Below, one piece after another: positions 26,671 through 37,251 of a DNA stretch of 59,161 bases. The notes beneath the pieces were generated by a model. That model saw only the letters and a program-made list of their open reading frames with translations, made no database searches and had not been told where the DNA came from. The number at the start of each line of letters is the position of its first letter. Position 1 is the stretch's first letter. Origin of the DNA: an uncultured Bacteroidales bacterium (lineage in GTDB: Bacteria > Bacteroidota > Bacteroidia > Bacteroidales > CAIWKO01). A program made the position numbers and the translations under genes. The DNA lies in contig CAZMPB010000001.1 in NCBI GenBank assembly GCA_964567775.1, positions 1-59,161 on the forward strand, read 5' to 3'.

Positions 26671-27804
26671 ATGAAAAAAGAAAAATTAAGAGTTTTACAT
26701 GCTGTATATTGCCTGGGGCGCGGTGGCGCAGAAAAGCTCGCCATTGACATTACCAGGGAACTGAACAAAAGAGATGACGTGGAAGCGATGCTGGTCAGCT
26801 TTGATAAAACCGTGGATTATGAATATGATGTGTCGGATATGAATTACAGGTTTTGCCCAGCAAAGATCCGCTTATCCCTATATAAAAAAAATAAAATAGG
26901 TGCGGAAAATTACCTTGAGGTGATAGATAATTTCAAGCCGCATATCATACACACACACCGCTACCTTTCGGAAATAATCACCCGGCATTATCCCACCAAC
27001 GAGATCACCTATTTCACGCACTGCCACGACAACATGATACAATTTGAGAATTTTTCGTGGAAAACCTTATTCAACAAGCGAAAGCTCTTAAATTTTTATG
27101 AAAAAAAATACTTGTTTCACCTGTATAAAAAAAGTGGAGGAACACATTTTATTGCCATTTCGAATGATACAAAAAAATATTTTGAAAAAACCGCTCCCTG
27201 TTATCCTGTCACTTTGTTGCATAATGCTATAGACTATACTAAGTTTTACAAAAAACGCGATGGCGCCGGTCAGGGAGATAAGTTAAGGCTTGTTAATGTC
27301 GGAAACTTTGTGGAAAAGAAAAATCAAAAATTTTTGCTCGATATTGCAAAAATATTGAAGGATAAAAACATTGATTTTGAACTTCATTTGCTGGGCGACG
27401 GCGATGATCGTCCGGCTCTGGAAGAAAAAACAAATAGCATGCATTTAAACGATCAGGTCGTTTTTCACGGAAGCGTAACTAATGTGGAAGAATTTCTGTG
27501 GACTTACGATATTTATCTGCATAGCGCCACTTATGAACCGCTGGGGCTGGTCTTGCTTGAAGCTATGGCAGCGGGATTACCTGTGATCACCTTAGACGGC
27601 AGGGGCAACAGGGACCTGATAGAGCAGGGAAAGAACGGCCATATGCTTTTCGAACAAAATGCGGAAGCATTTGCCGGAAAAATTATTGAACTTTGGAATG
27701 ATAAAACAAAATACCGTGAAATTTCACTGTACGCACAGGAATTTGCCGGAAAGTTTGATATGAAAGAATATGTAGATGACTTGCTAAAAATATATTCGGC
27801 TTGA
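26671..27804 (+). CDS. Glycosyltransferase family 4 (GT-B, Glycos_transf_1)
   Basis: RGGAEKLAIDI at the N-terminus, and YEPLGLVLLEAMAAGLPVITLDGRGNRDLI (E-x7-E region). Confidence 0.85.
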   Translation: MKKEKLRVLHAVYCLGRGGAEKLAIDITRELNKRDDVEAMLVSFDKTVDYEYDVSDMNYRFCPAKIRLSLYKKNKIGAENYLEVIDNFKPHIIHTHRYLSEIITRHYPTNEITYFTHCHDNMIQFENFSWKTLFNKRKLLNFYEKKYLFHLYKKSGGTHFIAISNDTKKYFEKTAPCYPVTLLHNAIDYTKFYKKRDGAGQGDKLRLVNVGNFVEKKNQKFLLDIAKILKDKNIDFELHLLGDGDDRPALEEKTNSMHLNDQVVFHGSVTNVEEFLWTYDIYLHSATYEPLGLVLLEAMAAGLPVITLDGRGNRDLIEQGKNGHMLFEQNAEAFAGKIIELWNDKTKYREISLYAQEFAGKFDMKEYVDDLLKIYSA

Positions 27805-27838
27805 TTTTATTTTCATTTATGCATGCCCCTGTTTACAC

Positions 27839-29230
27839 TTACTCCTCTATGGTTTTAATTGATTTGAGTCCAAAATATTCTGCCTGATATTTATTTCGTG
27901 GATAACCTGCATCCCTTGAAATATCAGCAACAGTAATAGTAAGGGGATAACTTTTGATTTTAGGCACAGTACAATCTTCTCCTGTTGAAATTTTTATTAT
28001 TTCATACCTTTCTTTTATTTCAGCATCATATCTATAAGCAGTCCCTTTTATAAGGTCCGCATAGGCGGTACTGATATTATTTTTATGACTCAGATTTATC
28101 AGGATAATAACAAATAGCAAATACCTGGCCCAGGGAGTAATCACTAAAAAAATTTTTTCTTTTTTCTTTAGATAAAAAAGCTGGGAGAACCCGAGATATA
28201 AAAACCCTGCTACATAAAAGAAACAGAGCACATTCTTTGTCCTTGCGGCAGGGCAAACGCCCCTGCTCCAATAACCGGTGAAAAAACCGATGAAAAGGAT
28301 AAGACATAATAAGATGAAAACATAAGTGGGATGAACATTAAAATTCGAAGCCCAGGCGGCCTTGATATGTTTGTGAAAGGCATCGAAAAAAATCAGGATA
28401 AATACGATGCTTAAGGGCAGCCAAAGCCTTAAATGATTGATGGTTTGTATGACCGCTTGCCATGCCGAAAAGGCAAACTGATGGTCGTTAGGAATGGTAT
28501 TTCCTCTGACGGTATTACCCGGTGAAAAATACACAACAAGCGAAAATATAAATGCAAAGACCAGCAGAATCAACAGTGAATAATTTATTTTTTTTTCTTT
28601 GAAAAAAGCATAACCGAAAATAGCAGCTAAAATAAAATCAACGATGAGCATGGATAATTCGTTGGACCCGATTACGCAAAAAACAAATAAAACAGATAAA
28701 AAAAGAAATTTGATCTTTTTTGTCTGCATGAGTTTAATAACGCTGATAAAAAGCAAAATTGTCAATATATTTGCCACCTGGTAGGTAATTGCACCCGCGA
28801 ACCAATATATTCCTTCCGCAACATTCGGCATAAAAAATAAATATATAAAAATAAAGCATAAGGAAAATAATAAACACTGTCTTTTTTCTGCGTTAACAAA
28901 CAGTGTGCGCGCCAAATAGTAAAGGGAAATAAAAAGAGCAATGATCAGCACGACAGGTATCAGTTTAAAAAGAAAAAAAGATTGAATTAATAATGGATTT
29001 AATGACAACAATGCCGTAGAAAAATATCTGCCAAACCAATGGGTATACCACCAGCTTTGTACGCCCCAATACCCGTGATTGGAACATTCAACAGAAAAAG
29101 CAAAATCATCGGCAGCGGGATTGTTAAAAACGGAAATGATGATAAAAGGGAGGACTGAAAAGATACCTAGCCCTATCAAAAACATTTCGCTGGACAGGCA
29201 TCTTGAAAAGAATGATTTAATTTGTTCCAT
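27839..29230 (-). CDS. Polytopic membrane protein, GT-C-like glycosyltransferase/polymerase candidate
   Basis: At least 10 hydrophobic helices, an acidic NNPAADDFAFS loop after TM1 and a soluble C-terminal ~90 aa. The ATG at 29230 is preferred over the TTG at 29245. Confidence 0.45.
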   Translation of the reverse strand: MEQIKSFFSRCLSSEMFLIGLGIFSVLPFIIISVFNNPAADDFAFSVECSNHGYWGVQSWWYTHWFGRYFSTALLSLNPLLIQSFFLFKLIPVVLIIALFISLYYLARTLFVNAEKRQCLLFSLCFIFIYLFFMPNVAEGIYWFAGAITYQVANILTILLFISVIKLMQTKKIKFLFLSVLFVFCVIGSNELSMLIVDFILAAIFGYAFFKEKKINYSLLILLVFAFIFSLVVYFSPGNTVRGNTIPNDHQFAFSAWQAVIQTINHLRLWLPLSIVFILIFFDAFHKHIKAAWASNFNVHPTYVFILLCLILFIGFFTGYWSRGVCPAARTKNVLCFFYVAGFLYLGFSQLFYLKKKEKIFLVITPWARYLLFVIILINLSHKNNISTAYADLIKGTAYRYDAEIKERYEIIKISTGEDCTVPKIKSYPLTITVADISRDAGYPRNKYQAEYFGLKSIKTIEE

Positions 29231-29332
29231 GTAAGGTGTTTTCAAATAATATGAACAAAAGTATTCATTTTATTGGAAATGTTTTACAAAGGCCTTAACC
29301 ACTGTTAAGCTGTATTTGAAAAAAACGGTTTT

Positions 29333-30580
29333 TTAAAGCGATGAAATCATTTCCGCAAATACCTTATTATTTTTTTCGGCATTATATTCTTCGTCCCAGG
29401 TTTTGTAAGCATTTTCACGCATTATATTTTTTTCACTTTCGGGTAAAAAGTAATATTTTTTTATGGCTTCGGCAATTTCTTCAGCCGTCGGATCCTGGTA
29501 TAAAAGAAAGCCATTGTACCCATCCTTTACAATTTCAGGCGTACCGCCTACCGCGGTGGCTATCACAGGTATGCCAAACGACATGGCCTCCATCACCGAC
29601 ACCGGCAAGCCCTCGCTCTTGCTCGCATTGATGAACAAATCCGGCTTTGTTTGATAATAAAATGCAAAAACTTTTTCGTTGGGCATCATACCCAAAAACT
29701 CATAGTGTATCCCTGCCGGCCCGAGTTCCTGTGCGGCCAGACTCATCAATTGCCCGTCAAGCTCATCTTCGCCTATATGATACCATTCCACCGGAATTGC
29801 TCCCAGATACTTAATCCCGCCAATGATCAGGTTCAGCCTCTTGTTGTGGTCTATTTGCGAACAACTGGCTACCTTTAATTTTCCGGCGCTGCTATGCTTT
29901 TCAAAAGGATACTGATTGGCCACACCCAGTTTTTTGGTAATGATCTTTCCGCTGCTATCATTAAGTTTTTTTATCAGGTAATCGCGGCTGAAGTCGGCAA
30001 TGGTAAACAAAAAATTCAGTTGCTCCAGCATAAAATGCTTCAGCGGCAGGTAATTGCCGGCATGCAACTCAAAAAACACATCGCCGCCGTGCGAACGCGA
30101 AATGGCGGCATTTCCCGGGTGTTTTTTCTTCAGCAGGGCACAGGCTATCGCGCGGTAATCGTTCCAAAAGGAATACAACAGGGTGTCCTTTTCTTCAAGG
30201 CCGTTTGCTTGCATCATCTTTTCGATATGGCGGCTCAGCGCCAACGCGGCATTCAGTTCGGTCAGCAGCACGGCTAGTGTGCGGTAGGTAATTTTTTGTT
30301 TCAGGGTGCTCCTGATAAACGAAAGTTCTGCAAAAAATATACGAGTAAAAATCAGCCTCAGCGACAATAATTTTTGCCACCAACCCCTGTCGGGTTCCCA
30401 AAAAGAAGGCTCTGCGCCGGGCGGCAGCACGTGGGGCGGCAGTTTTTGCTCCGCCGTAGCCCCTATCACAAATACCTTGTCAAACAAAGGCGCCAGGTTG
30501 TTTACTTCATTAGCTTCCCACAACCCGCCCAAGTTTTGGAATGGATACCTTTCAGAAAGGAAGACAAGGTTTTTTCTCAT
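29333..30580 (-). CDS. Glycosyltransferase family 4 (GT-B, Glycos_transf_1)
   Basis: SKSEGLPVSVMEAMSFGIPVIATAVGGTPEIV. Confidence 0.85.
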   Translation of the reverse strand: MRKNLVFLSERYPFQNLGGLWEANEVNNLAPLFDKVFVIGATAEQKLPPHVLPPGAEPSFWEPDRGWWQKLLSLRLIFTRIFFAELSFIRSTLKQKITYRTLAVLLTELNAALALSRHIEKMMQANGLEEKDTLLYSFWNDYRAIACALLKKKHPGNAAISRSHGGDVFFELHAGNYLPLKHFMLEQLNFLFTIADFSRDYLIKKLNDSSGKIITKKLGVANQYPFEKHSSAGKLKVASCSQIDHNKRLNLIIGGIKYLGAIPVEWYHIGEDELDGQLMSLAAQELGPAGIHYEFLGMMPNEKVFAFYYQTKPDLFINASKSEGLPVSVMEAMSFGIPVIATAVGGTPEIVKDGYNGFLLYQDPTAEEIAEAIKKYYFLPESEKNIMRENAYKTWDEEYNAEKNNKVFAEMISSL

Positions 30581-30711
30581 GTTTTATTTGCAAAGATAAT
30601 CTGTAATGATTTAAAACACTAATTTCACTAATTTTGCGCAATAAATCTCTATTGATGGATTGAATTCTTAAAGAAAGAAAAACATTTCAACGGCAAAACA
30701 ACAAATTTAGG

Positions 30712-31719
30712 ATGAGTTTAATCAATTCACTTAGTGAAGTCAACTTAAAACCAGAAAATTTCCCGTTTTTATTTTGGGATAATTGGTTGAATTATGAAGC
30801 AACAGATAACTGTTCGTGCTACTTGTATTATAATGAAAAATACAATGCGGTTGTCCCTTTTAAAGTACATCGTTTAAAATTTTTAAAAAAAGCTGAATAC
30901 ATTTATAAGCCTTTGGATTTCACAGGAAAAGATATAGAGGCAGATACAGAAAAAGATTTCGTTGATTGTTTCCATAAGTTTATAAAAGAAAAAAAAATCT
31001 GTGATGTTGTTTTTCCCCCAAGTCATTGTTGCGTTTTTAAAAGCATACCCAGCAGGGCAATATATTTTGAGATTGGGATTATCGGAATCGATATGATAGG
31101 AACAGCAGAAGATATTTTTGCCAAAATGAACACCACTTACCGCAAACAAATACGCAAGGCTGAAAAGCTGGGAGTAAGCACTCATTTCGGGCCCGAAACT
31201 TTTCCTGATTTCTATAAATTATATGCGGACACACATAGCAGGCAAGGACTGCCGCATTTGACGGCTTCCGACATAAAAAAATTAATGGAAAAAATGCCGG
31301 GGAACATCCTTGTTGGCTTCTCAAAAACGCCAGCCGGCGCCGAGCACAGCAACCTGAGTGTTTACGACAAGGCACAGGCTTATAGTTTTTGGGGCGGTTC
31401 GGCGGCCAGCCCCGTGGTGCCCGGTTCGAACAAAATTCTTATGTGGGGCTCTATAAAAGCCCTGAGAGATTTGGGCGTGAAAAAATACATACTGGGCGGT
31501 TATAGAAATCCCGCCATCAATGATGATAAACATAACGGCATACAGGACTTCAAGATCAGATTCGGTGCTGAAGTTGAAAAAGGATATCATTTTATAAAAA
31601 TTATCAATCCGGCAAGATATTATTTGTTTGTATTTGCACTGAAGATCAAATCAATATTAAAAGGAAAGGAGTACTCCTTTATAAACACCTCCGGGTTAAA
31701 TATCAGAAAGTCAAAATAA
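30712..31719 (+). CDS. FemAB-like / Acetyltransf_6-type (peptidoglycan-bridge aminoacyltransferase family) protein
   Basis: YRKQIRKAEKLGV, YADTHSRQGLP, FWGGSA and KYILGGY...GIQDFKIRFGAE resemble FemAB-family conserved blocks. Confidence 0.6.
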   Translation: MSLINSLSEVNLKPENFPFLFWDNWLNYEATDNCSCYLYYNEKYNAVVPFKVHRLKFLKKAEYIYKPLDFTGKDIEADTEKDFVDCFHKFIKEKKICDVVFPPSHCCVFKSIPSRAIYFEIGIIGIDMIGTAEDIFAKMNTTYRKQIRKAEKLGVSTHFGPETFPDFYKLYADTHSRQGLPHLTASDIKKLMEKMPGNILVGFSKTPAGAEHSNLSVYDKAQAYSFWGGSAASPVVPGSNKILMWGSIKALRDLGVKKYILGGYRNPAINDDKHNGIQDFKIRFGAEVEKGYHFIKIINPARYYLFVFALKIKSILKGKEYSFINTSGLNIRKSK

Positions 31720-31729
31720 ATATTCCCTG

Positions 31730-32971
31730 CTACATTATTGCACAAGACCTGCTTAAAATATTTATCAAATCAAAACCATCCCAAATGATTGAAAAATCAG
31801 TAGTGTGGCCAATGGGGACTATACGATCAATACCGAATGACTTAATAGTTTTCACGAAATCTATCAATTCTGCTTTGCTCAAGCCCCAATATGACAAAGT
31901 TTGATATTTGCGATTGATAATTGGTATAATTTCCGATAATGAAGATGCGTGATATTCAGAAAAATACCCACTGGAACAGCGGTATTCATCAATATTAACC
32001 GGCAAATTTTTTAATTCAACCCGCCAAAGAAGATTGTCTGGTGTTGGTGTTTTTTTTAACCCATTTAACTGCAAGGATTGATTATAAAATGATGTAAGCT
32101 TATCTACTGCTATTACTGGTTGTATTAGATATTTTGCTTTAACTATTTTATATAATTCATCCCAAAATATTTTTTGTGCATTTTCAACATTGGCCTTACT
32201 GCCAAGCCAAATAATCAGATGTGGCGCTGTGCATGCATTTTGGTCAAACAAATAAGTATCATTATAAAACCCGGATGCTACTTTTTCTGGATTTGCTTCA
32301 GATATATAATTGTCGGCATTAATCACACAAAAAGAATATCTGTCGGCAAACGTAATATCAAATGATCTGGCAGGCATGGCATTTTTTCTTATTTCTTCGA
32401 TAGTTGTGTTACCTCCCCATATAATACGAACATCACAAATTGATGAAAAGTAATTTGTCGCCGTGCTCTGACGATCGTATTGAACAAAAAGCAGACGACT
32501 AGTAATTGCTTTGTGAGTTTCTTCCCTGCTTAATTTTTCTATTGCTTCTGTAATTATTTCTACCTGCTCAAATTCTTTTGAGGGTACTCTTACGATATTC
32601 GTATTTCCGGCAAGCAGTCCACACAAAAAGGAATAGGCAAAATTCACCGGAACGTTTGAAGGAGAAATATGAAACACGACACCTCTGCCCAGCCTGATTG
32701 ATTCCTCATCAAAATATTTTTTTTTAAGCTGCAAAATATTGGCCTTTCGGCAAAAAAAGGCAAATGTCGCCACGTCCGGATATTTTTTTATCCTGGGATC
32801 CTTATTCAAAGAAAAAGATAAGGCATTAAGAAATTCTATACATTTATTGTCAAATGGTTCTGCCGGAGGAATACGGATAAGATTATCAGTATTGATTTCC
32901 TTTGGAAACAGTATTTTTATTTTATCAATATTTTTCTCCATAAGTATCGCTGCAGCCCCTGATTTCTGCAT
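31730..32971 (-). CDS. LuxC-family acyl-CoA/acyl-protein reductase (aldehyde-forming)
   Basis: Length and blocks (GRGVVFHISPSNVPVNFAYS, IIWGGN, CTAPHLI) fit the LuxC family. The gene follows a LuxE-like gene and overlaps it. An alternative ATG lies at 32941. Confidence 0.65.
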   Translation of the reverse strand: MQKSGAAAILMEKNIDKIKILFPKEINTDNLIRIPPAEPFDNKCIEFLNALSFSLNKDPRIKKYPDVATFAFFCRKANILQLKKKYFDEESIRLGRGVVFHISPSNVPVNFAYSFLCGLLAGNTNIVRVPSKEFEQVEIITEAIEKLSREETHKAITSRLLFVQYDRQSTATNYFSSICDVRIIWGGNTTIEEIRKNAMPARSFDITFADRYSFCVINADNYISEANPEKVASGFYNDTYLFDQNACTAPHLIIWLGSKANVENAQKIFWDELYKIVKAKYLIQPVIAVDKLTSFYNQSLQLNGLKKTPTPDNLLWRVELKNLPVNIDEYRCSSGYFSEYHASSLSEIIPIINRKYQTLSYWGLSKAELIDFVKTIKSFGIDRIVPIGHTTDFSIIWDGFDLINILSRSCAIM

Positions 32972-34007
32972 TTTTTAATCGTCCTACCACCTTAAAATAT
33001 TTCCCCAGCCTGCCACATGCACAATCATCCTCGCCCAATAAGATTCCTTCATCTTCGGTAATCAACGAATGTCCCGGATAACTTTTTGGTAGTATTGAAA
33101 TAACCTGTATAATTCCAGCTTCTCCAATATTTGCCAACGAAAAATCATGGGGACGCCTAATGAGCGCGTCAGAAAAAACAGGAGCATGCAGATAGCCACA
33201 TTCGCACTCCATAAATATTGAACCTGTTTGCTCCACCATCCCATAATAATCATGCACATTTCTTATGCCACAGACATCATAAAGTTTTTCACGGAACACT
33301 TTGGACGAGACAGATTCACTTTCAAGTTTTTTCCATCCACCTCCGTGAATTAAAACAGCATTAGAGAGGTCAGGCTTTATATTTCTTTTCACTAGTTCGT
33401 TATAAAAGTGTTGATAAATCATGAATGTGAAGCCGAATATAAAAATACGCTTCCCCTTATGCTGCTCGAGAAATACAGATAAATTCTCAAAATCCAGTTC
33501 CATGCTCTCATTCAGGGCATACATCCGCTTTGAGCCAAATATAGAAAAACCCAAAATTCCAGCCCCGCGTGCAGAAAAAAGATTCCTGTTTTTTACCGTA
33601 CTTTCCGAATCCACAATTATCATGGGTATTCTTTGCGAACCAATAAATGAAGAAACAATTCTGGTAAGTGCTTTTGTTTGATTTGATGAAGTTTCCTTGT
33701 CAAGGTATATTTTTGATACGGATTGTCCCGTAGTGCCTGACGATGTCATGGTCTTCACAATATCTTCCTTTTTCACACTGTACATATTGAACATTTTGAA
33801 AAGTCTGACCGGTAAAAAAGGCAGCTCTGAATAATGATATTGTTTCTTTGAATCATATCCGATGGCATCCATCATGTTTTTGTATGATTCACAATGTTCA
33901 TGATGATGTTGCGACAAATAATTGAGGTAAGGACTAAGAAGTTTTTCCTTGTCAATATGATTTAATGAGTATGGCTGAATATCCAGAATTTTCGCTATAT
34001 CCATCAA
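32925..34007 (-). CDS. LuxE-family acyl-protein synthetase
   Basis: MTSSGTTGQSVSKIYLDKETS, LIHGGGWKKL and YGMVEQTG are LuxE-type adenylating-enzyme blocks. Confidence 0.7.
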   Translation of the reverse strand: MMDIAKILDIQPYSLNHIDKEKLLSPYLNYLSQHHHEHCESYKNMMDAIGYDSKKQYHYSELPFLPVRLFKMFNMYSVKKEDIVKTMTSSGTTGQSVSKIYLDKETSSNQTKALTRIVSSFIGSQRIPMIIVDSESTVKNRNLFSARGAGILGFSIFGSKRMYALNESMELDFENLSVFLEQHKGKRIFIFGFTFMIYQHFYNELVKRNIKPDLSNAVLIHGGGWKKLESESVSSKVFREKLYDVCGIRNVHDYYGMVEQTGSIFMECECGYLHAPVFSDALIRRPHDFSLANIGEAGIIQVISILPKSYPGHSLITEDEGILLGEDDCACGRLGKYFKVVGRLKNAEIRGCSDTYGEKY

Positions 34008-35404
34008 ATGTTCAATTTTGCGTAAATAGTCTTTCCTGAAGAATTTTTAGGTATGGCATCAATATGTCTGACAGAAAAAGCCATTTGGTTAATTCCTGTT
34101 TTCCCAGAAATATAATTCCGCGTTTCTGCAAGTCTGTTTTTATCCGTAATATAAATTACCATATGATCATCATGACCAATGCAGGCACAATCTGAGATGA
34201 AATTTTTCAGCAATCGTTCTGTTTCATCCAGATTAACCCTGTTGCCATAAATTTTGATAAACCGTTTTTTTCTTCCAACAATGTAATAGAAATTGTCGCT
34301 ATCTCTTTTTGCTATATCTCCTGTATATAAGATACCTTTATTTTCATCTTCTTTCTTAAGATCATCGCCACATTCGGCATATCCCATTGAAACATTTTTC
34401 CCTTTATACACAAGTTCGCCAATGATTTCAGGTCCTTCAATAGCTGATCCTTTTTCATCAATTAAACTGAATTCACCTCCCGGTATAGCAATACCCATAC
34501 TTCCCAACTTAGACAATGAATACTGATGAGGTAAATAACTCATCCTTGCTGTAGCTTCAGTTTGTCCGTACATTACAAAGAAACGTTTGTTTGCCTGCAT
34601 GCAAAATTCCGAAAATTCTTTATTTAATTCGTTATTCAGTTTTCCACCTGCCTGTGTTAAAGTATTTAAAGACGATAGTTCCATACGAAAAAAACGAAGC
34701 TTCTTTAATATTTCATAGGTATATGGAACACCTGACATAGATGTTGCCTTTTGCGTTTTCAGGAAATTCCAAAACTCTTTTTCCATCAGGGATTTTGAAG
34801 TTAACAGCAGGGTTGCTCCTTTTAAGAAATGACTATTAATAATAGAGAGACCAAATGAATAGCTCATTGGCAAAGTTGTGATGGGACGCTCATTTTCATC
34901 TATTGACAAATATTCTGCAATAGAAGTTGCATTTGCTTCTATATTATCATAACTTAAACGGACAAGTTTAGGGCTACCGGTGCTACCAGAGGTTGTTAAT
35001 AGCAAAGCTAAATCATCATGCACTAGATAATAATTACTCGATTCAAGTTTGACTAGAGAATAATTATGTTTTGAAAATATTATTTGTCCCTTCGAAAATT
35101 CATTAATGCGATCATCAGGCAGCCACAAGTATTCAGGACGATATGTATTTACAAGTCCTTCTAGTAATTCCCTGTCAATGGTTGAATCAAGCATTAAAGG
35201 AACGATCTTATTTGCAATGAACGAAATGTATCCGCACAATGAACCAATCGTATTTTGACATATGCAAAAAACAAGGCAGCGATGTTGGATAGCATTATAA
35301 ATAGAATCGGAAAAAACGTTTATTTCTTTATAAGAAAAGATTCTCCCTATATCTGTTATAACAGCAATTTTATCTTCTTTCGGATGTATATTAAAAGGTA
35401 ACAT
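34004..35404 (-). CDS. AMP-binding (ANL-superfamily) adenylating enzyme / acyl-ACP ligase candidate
   Basis: LLLTTSGSTGSPKLVRLSY (A3), YGQTEA (A5), YTGDIAKRD..FYYIVGRKKRFIKIYGNRVNLDETE (A7/A8) and SSGKTIY (A10). Confidence 0.85.
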   Translation of the reverse strand: MLPFNIHPKEDKIAVITDIGRIFSYKEINVFSDSIYNAIQHRCLVFCICQNTIGSLCGYISFIANKIVPLMLDSTIDRELLEGLVNTYRPEYLWLPDDRINEFSKGQIIFSKHNYSLVKLESSNYYLVHDDLALLLTTSGSTGSPKLVRLSYDNIEANATSIAEYLSIDENERPITTLPMSYSFGLSIINSHFLKGATLLLTSKSLMEKEFWNFLKTQKATSMSGVPYTYEILKKLRFFRMELSSLNTLTQAGGKLNNELNKEFSEFCMQANKRFFVMYGQTEATARMSYLPHQYSLSKLGSMGIAIPGGEFSLIDEKGSAIEGPEIIGELVYKGKNVSMGYAECGDDLKKEDENKGILYTGDIAKRDSDNFYYIVGRKKRFIKIYGNRVNLDETERLLKNFISDCACIGHDDHMVIYITDKNRLAETRNYISGKTGINQMAFSVRHIDAIPKNSSGKTIYAKLNI

Positions 35405-35422
35405 AATGAGCGTTATGCTTTA

Positions 35423-36400
35423 CTATAAAGAGGAATATTTTTGTTCGATGTCGTGGGCAATTTGATCGGGTAATAATCTGTTTTGTCCCAGCAAATAATT
35501 ATAATCGCCCGCGTGACGAAACTGATCAGCTAAACCAAGTCTTAACAATTGCGTGTGTCGTTTTTTAGAACAAAGATGCTCTGCAATTGCCCCCCCCAGG
35601 CCACCAATGATACTATGCTCTTCAACTGAAACGAGCAATTTTGATCGTTCATTTGCATACTCGATGCAATTTGTGTCTAAAGGTTTAATAGTGTGTATGT
35701 TTACAACACAGGCATTTATCCCCTTCGTTTCAAGGATTTTTGAAGCTTCCAGTGAATTATATACCATGGTTCCGGTGGCAAAAATTGTAATATCTCCTTC
35801 GTCCGTAATTGTAATTGCCTTGCCTATTTCAAAGTTATAATCTTCTTTATATACCATTGGGTTGTTCAGCCCACCTGTCAATCGGATATAAACCGGTCCA
35901 TTAATTTGTGCGGCGGCTAATGCTACTTTTACCGATTCAGTGGCGTCGGCTGGTGATAAAATCGTTATATTAGGTATAGCCCGGACAATTGCTATGTCCT
36001 CTAAAGAATAATGAGTATTGCCTGAATACGTCATGACCAGCCCTGCAGCCGTACCAATAATTTTCACATTAGATTTCATATATCCCAGATAATGGCGCAA
36101 TTGTTCACAGCTTCGCATACTAATAAAAGTTGCATATGTAGTTGCAAACACAATTTTTCCCTCTTGAGCTAATCCCGCACTAATACCAAGCATATTTTGC
36201 TCAGCAATACCAACATTTAAAAAATTTTCAGGATGCCTGTTTATAAATCTTTCCAATCCGGAAAGATAAGCAAGATCAGCAGTCAAAATCATAGCGTTCT
36301 GAAACTGTTCAACGACTTCAAAAACGGCAACCCCGAAGAAAGCTCCCCGTTGTCCTAGCTTTGACCATGTTCTGAAATTTATTGAATTAAATGTAAGCAT
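35423..36400 (-). CDS. Transketolase, C-terminal (pyrimidine-binding) subunit
   Basis: GIAEQNMLGISAGLA, TYATFISMR, NTHYSLEDIAIVRAIPN and VEEHSIIGGLG. Confidence 0.85.
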   Translation of the reverse strand: MLTFNSINFRTWSKLGQRGAFFGVAVFEVVEQFQNAMILTADLAYLSGLERFINRHPENFLNVGIAEQNMLGISAGLAQEGKIVFATTYATFISMRSCEQLRHYLGYMKSNVKIIGTAAGLVMTYSGNTHYSLEDIAIVRAIPNITILSPADATESVKVALAAAQINGPVYIRLTGGLNNPMVYKEDYNFEIGKAITITDEGDITIFATGTMVYNSLEASKILETKGINACVVNIHTIKPLDTNCIEYANERSKLLVSVEEHSIIGGLGGAIAEHLCSKKRHTQLLRLGLADQFRHAGDYNYLLGQNRLLPDQIAHDIEQKYSSL

Positions 36401-36409
36401 GACTTTAGA

Positions 36410-37237
36410 TTATATTTTAATTAACTGTTCAGACATGGCAATGTCATATTGCTCTTGTGTGAGAATTGAAAAATGCCACTCTTTTTTATTTTCCATAAAT
36501 GACACTCCTTTACCTTTTACAGTATTGGCAACTATTGCATTAGGTTTGTCGGAGGATTTGTTTTGAAATGCATCATATAGGTGACAAACATTGTGTCCGT
36601 CTACTTCGTTGGCATAGAATCCGAATGCTTCAAGTTTTGTTTTCAGGCTACCCATATTCATTATTGTTGTGACATTTCCGTCATACTGTAATTTATTGTG
36701 GTCAATAATTACCGTAAGATTATCTAGGTGAAAATGCGATGCCGACATAAGGGCTTCCCATACAATACCTTCATTACACTCTCCGTCACCAATAATCACA
36801 TATGTCCGATAAGAACGATTATTCAACTTGCCGGCCAGGGCAACGCCAATTGCATAGCTTAGACCCATACCTAAACTGCCTCCGGAAAATTCTATCCCAC
36901 GCGAAACGTTACGTGTTGCGTGGCCATGCAATGCGGAGCCATTTGTTTCAAAACTTAATATGTCTTGATCACTCAAGAATCCCAATTCGTTCAAGACCGC
37001 ATAATAGGCAAGCACACAATGTCCCTTACTAACAATAATACGATCGCGGTTCTCATCAGTCGGATTATGTGAATTGATGGAGACAATTTCTCCATATAAA
37101 GTAGCAAACACTTCAACCAAAGATAATGCGCCTCCAAGATGCGATCCGGTTTTCCCAGTATCAAGAGCCATTTTCAATGCTTTTTTACGCAATTTTGCTG
37201 CAAGTGCAATAATCTGAAATTCTGTTTCTTTGTTCAT
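36410..37237 (-). CDS. Transketolase, N-terminal (thiamine-diphosphate-binding) subunit
   Basis: GSHLGGALSLVEV, SKGHCVLAYYAVL and the ThDP motif IIGDGECNEGIVWEA...NL.VIIDHN. Confidence 0.85.
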   Translation of the reverse strand: MNKETEFQIIALAAKLRKKALKMALDTGKTGSHLGGALSLVEVFATLYGEIVSINSHNPTDENRDRIIVSKGHCVLAYYAVLNELGFLSDQDILSFETNGSALHGHATRNVSRGIEFSGGSLGMGLSYAIGVALAGKLNNRSYRTYVIIGDGECNEGIVWEALMSASHFHLDNLTVIIDHNKLQYDGNVTTIMNMGSLKTKLEAFGFYANEVDGHNVCHLYDAFQNKSSDKPNAIVANTVKGKGVSFMENKKEWHFSILTQEQYDIAMSEQLIKI

Positions 37238-37251
37238 TTTAAAATCCTTAA

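Noticed and set aside
29341-30622. A series of plus-strand ORFs (63-127 aa) opposite the GT4 gene at 29333-30580.
   Set aside because: The minus-strand frame contains the canonical EGLP...EAM..G.PVIA GT4 motif. The plus-strand products are Arg/Pro/Gln-rich with no motifs.
32925-32971. 47-nt overlap between the LuxE-like stop and the LuxC-like start, considered as a possible frameshift or fusion.
   Set aside because: Both frames are intact. An alternative LuxC ATG at 32941 reduces the overlap to 17 nt. Such overlaps are common in coupled operons.
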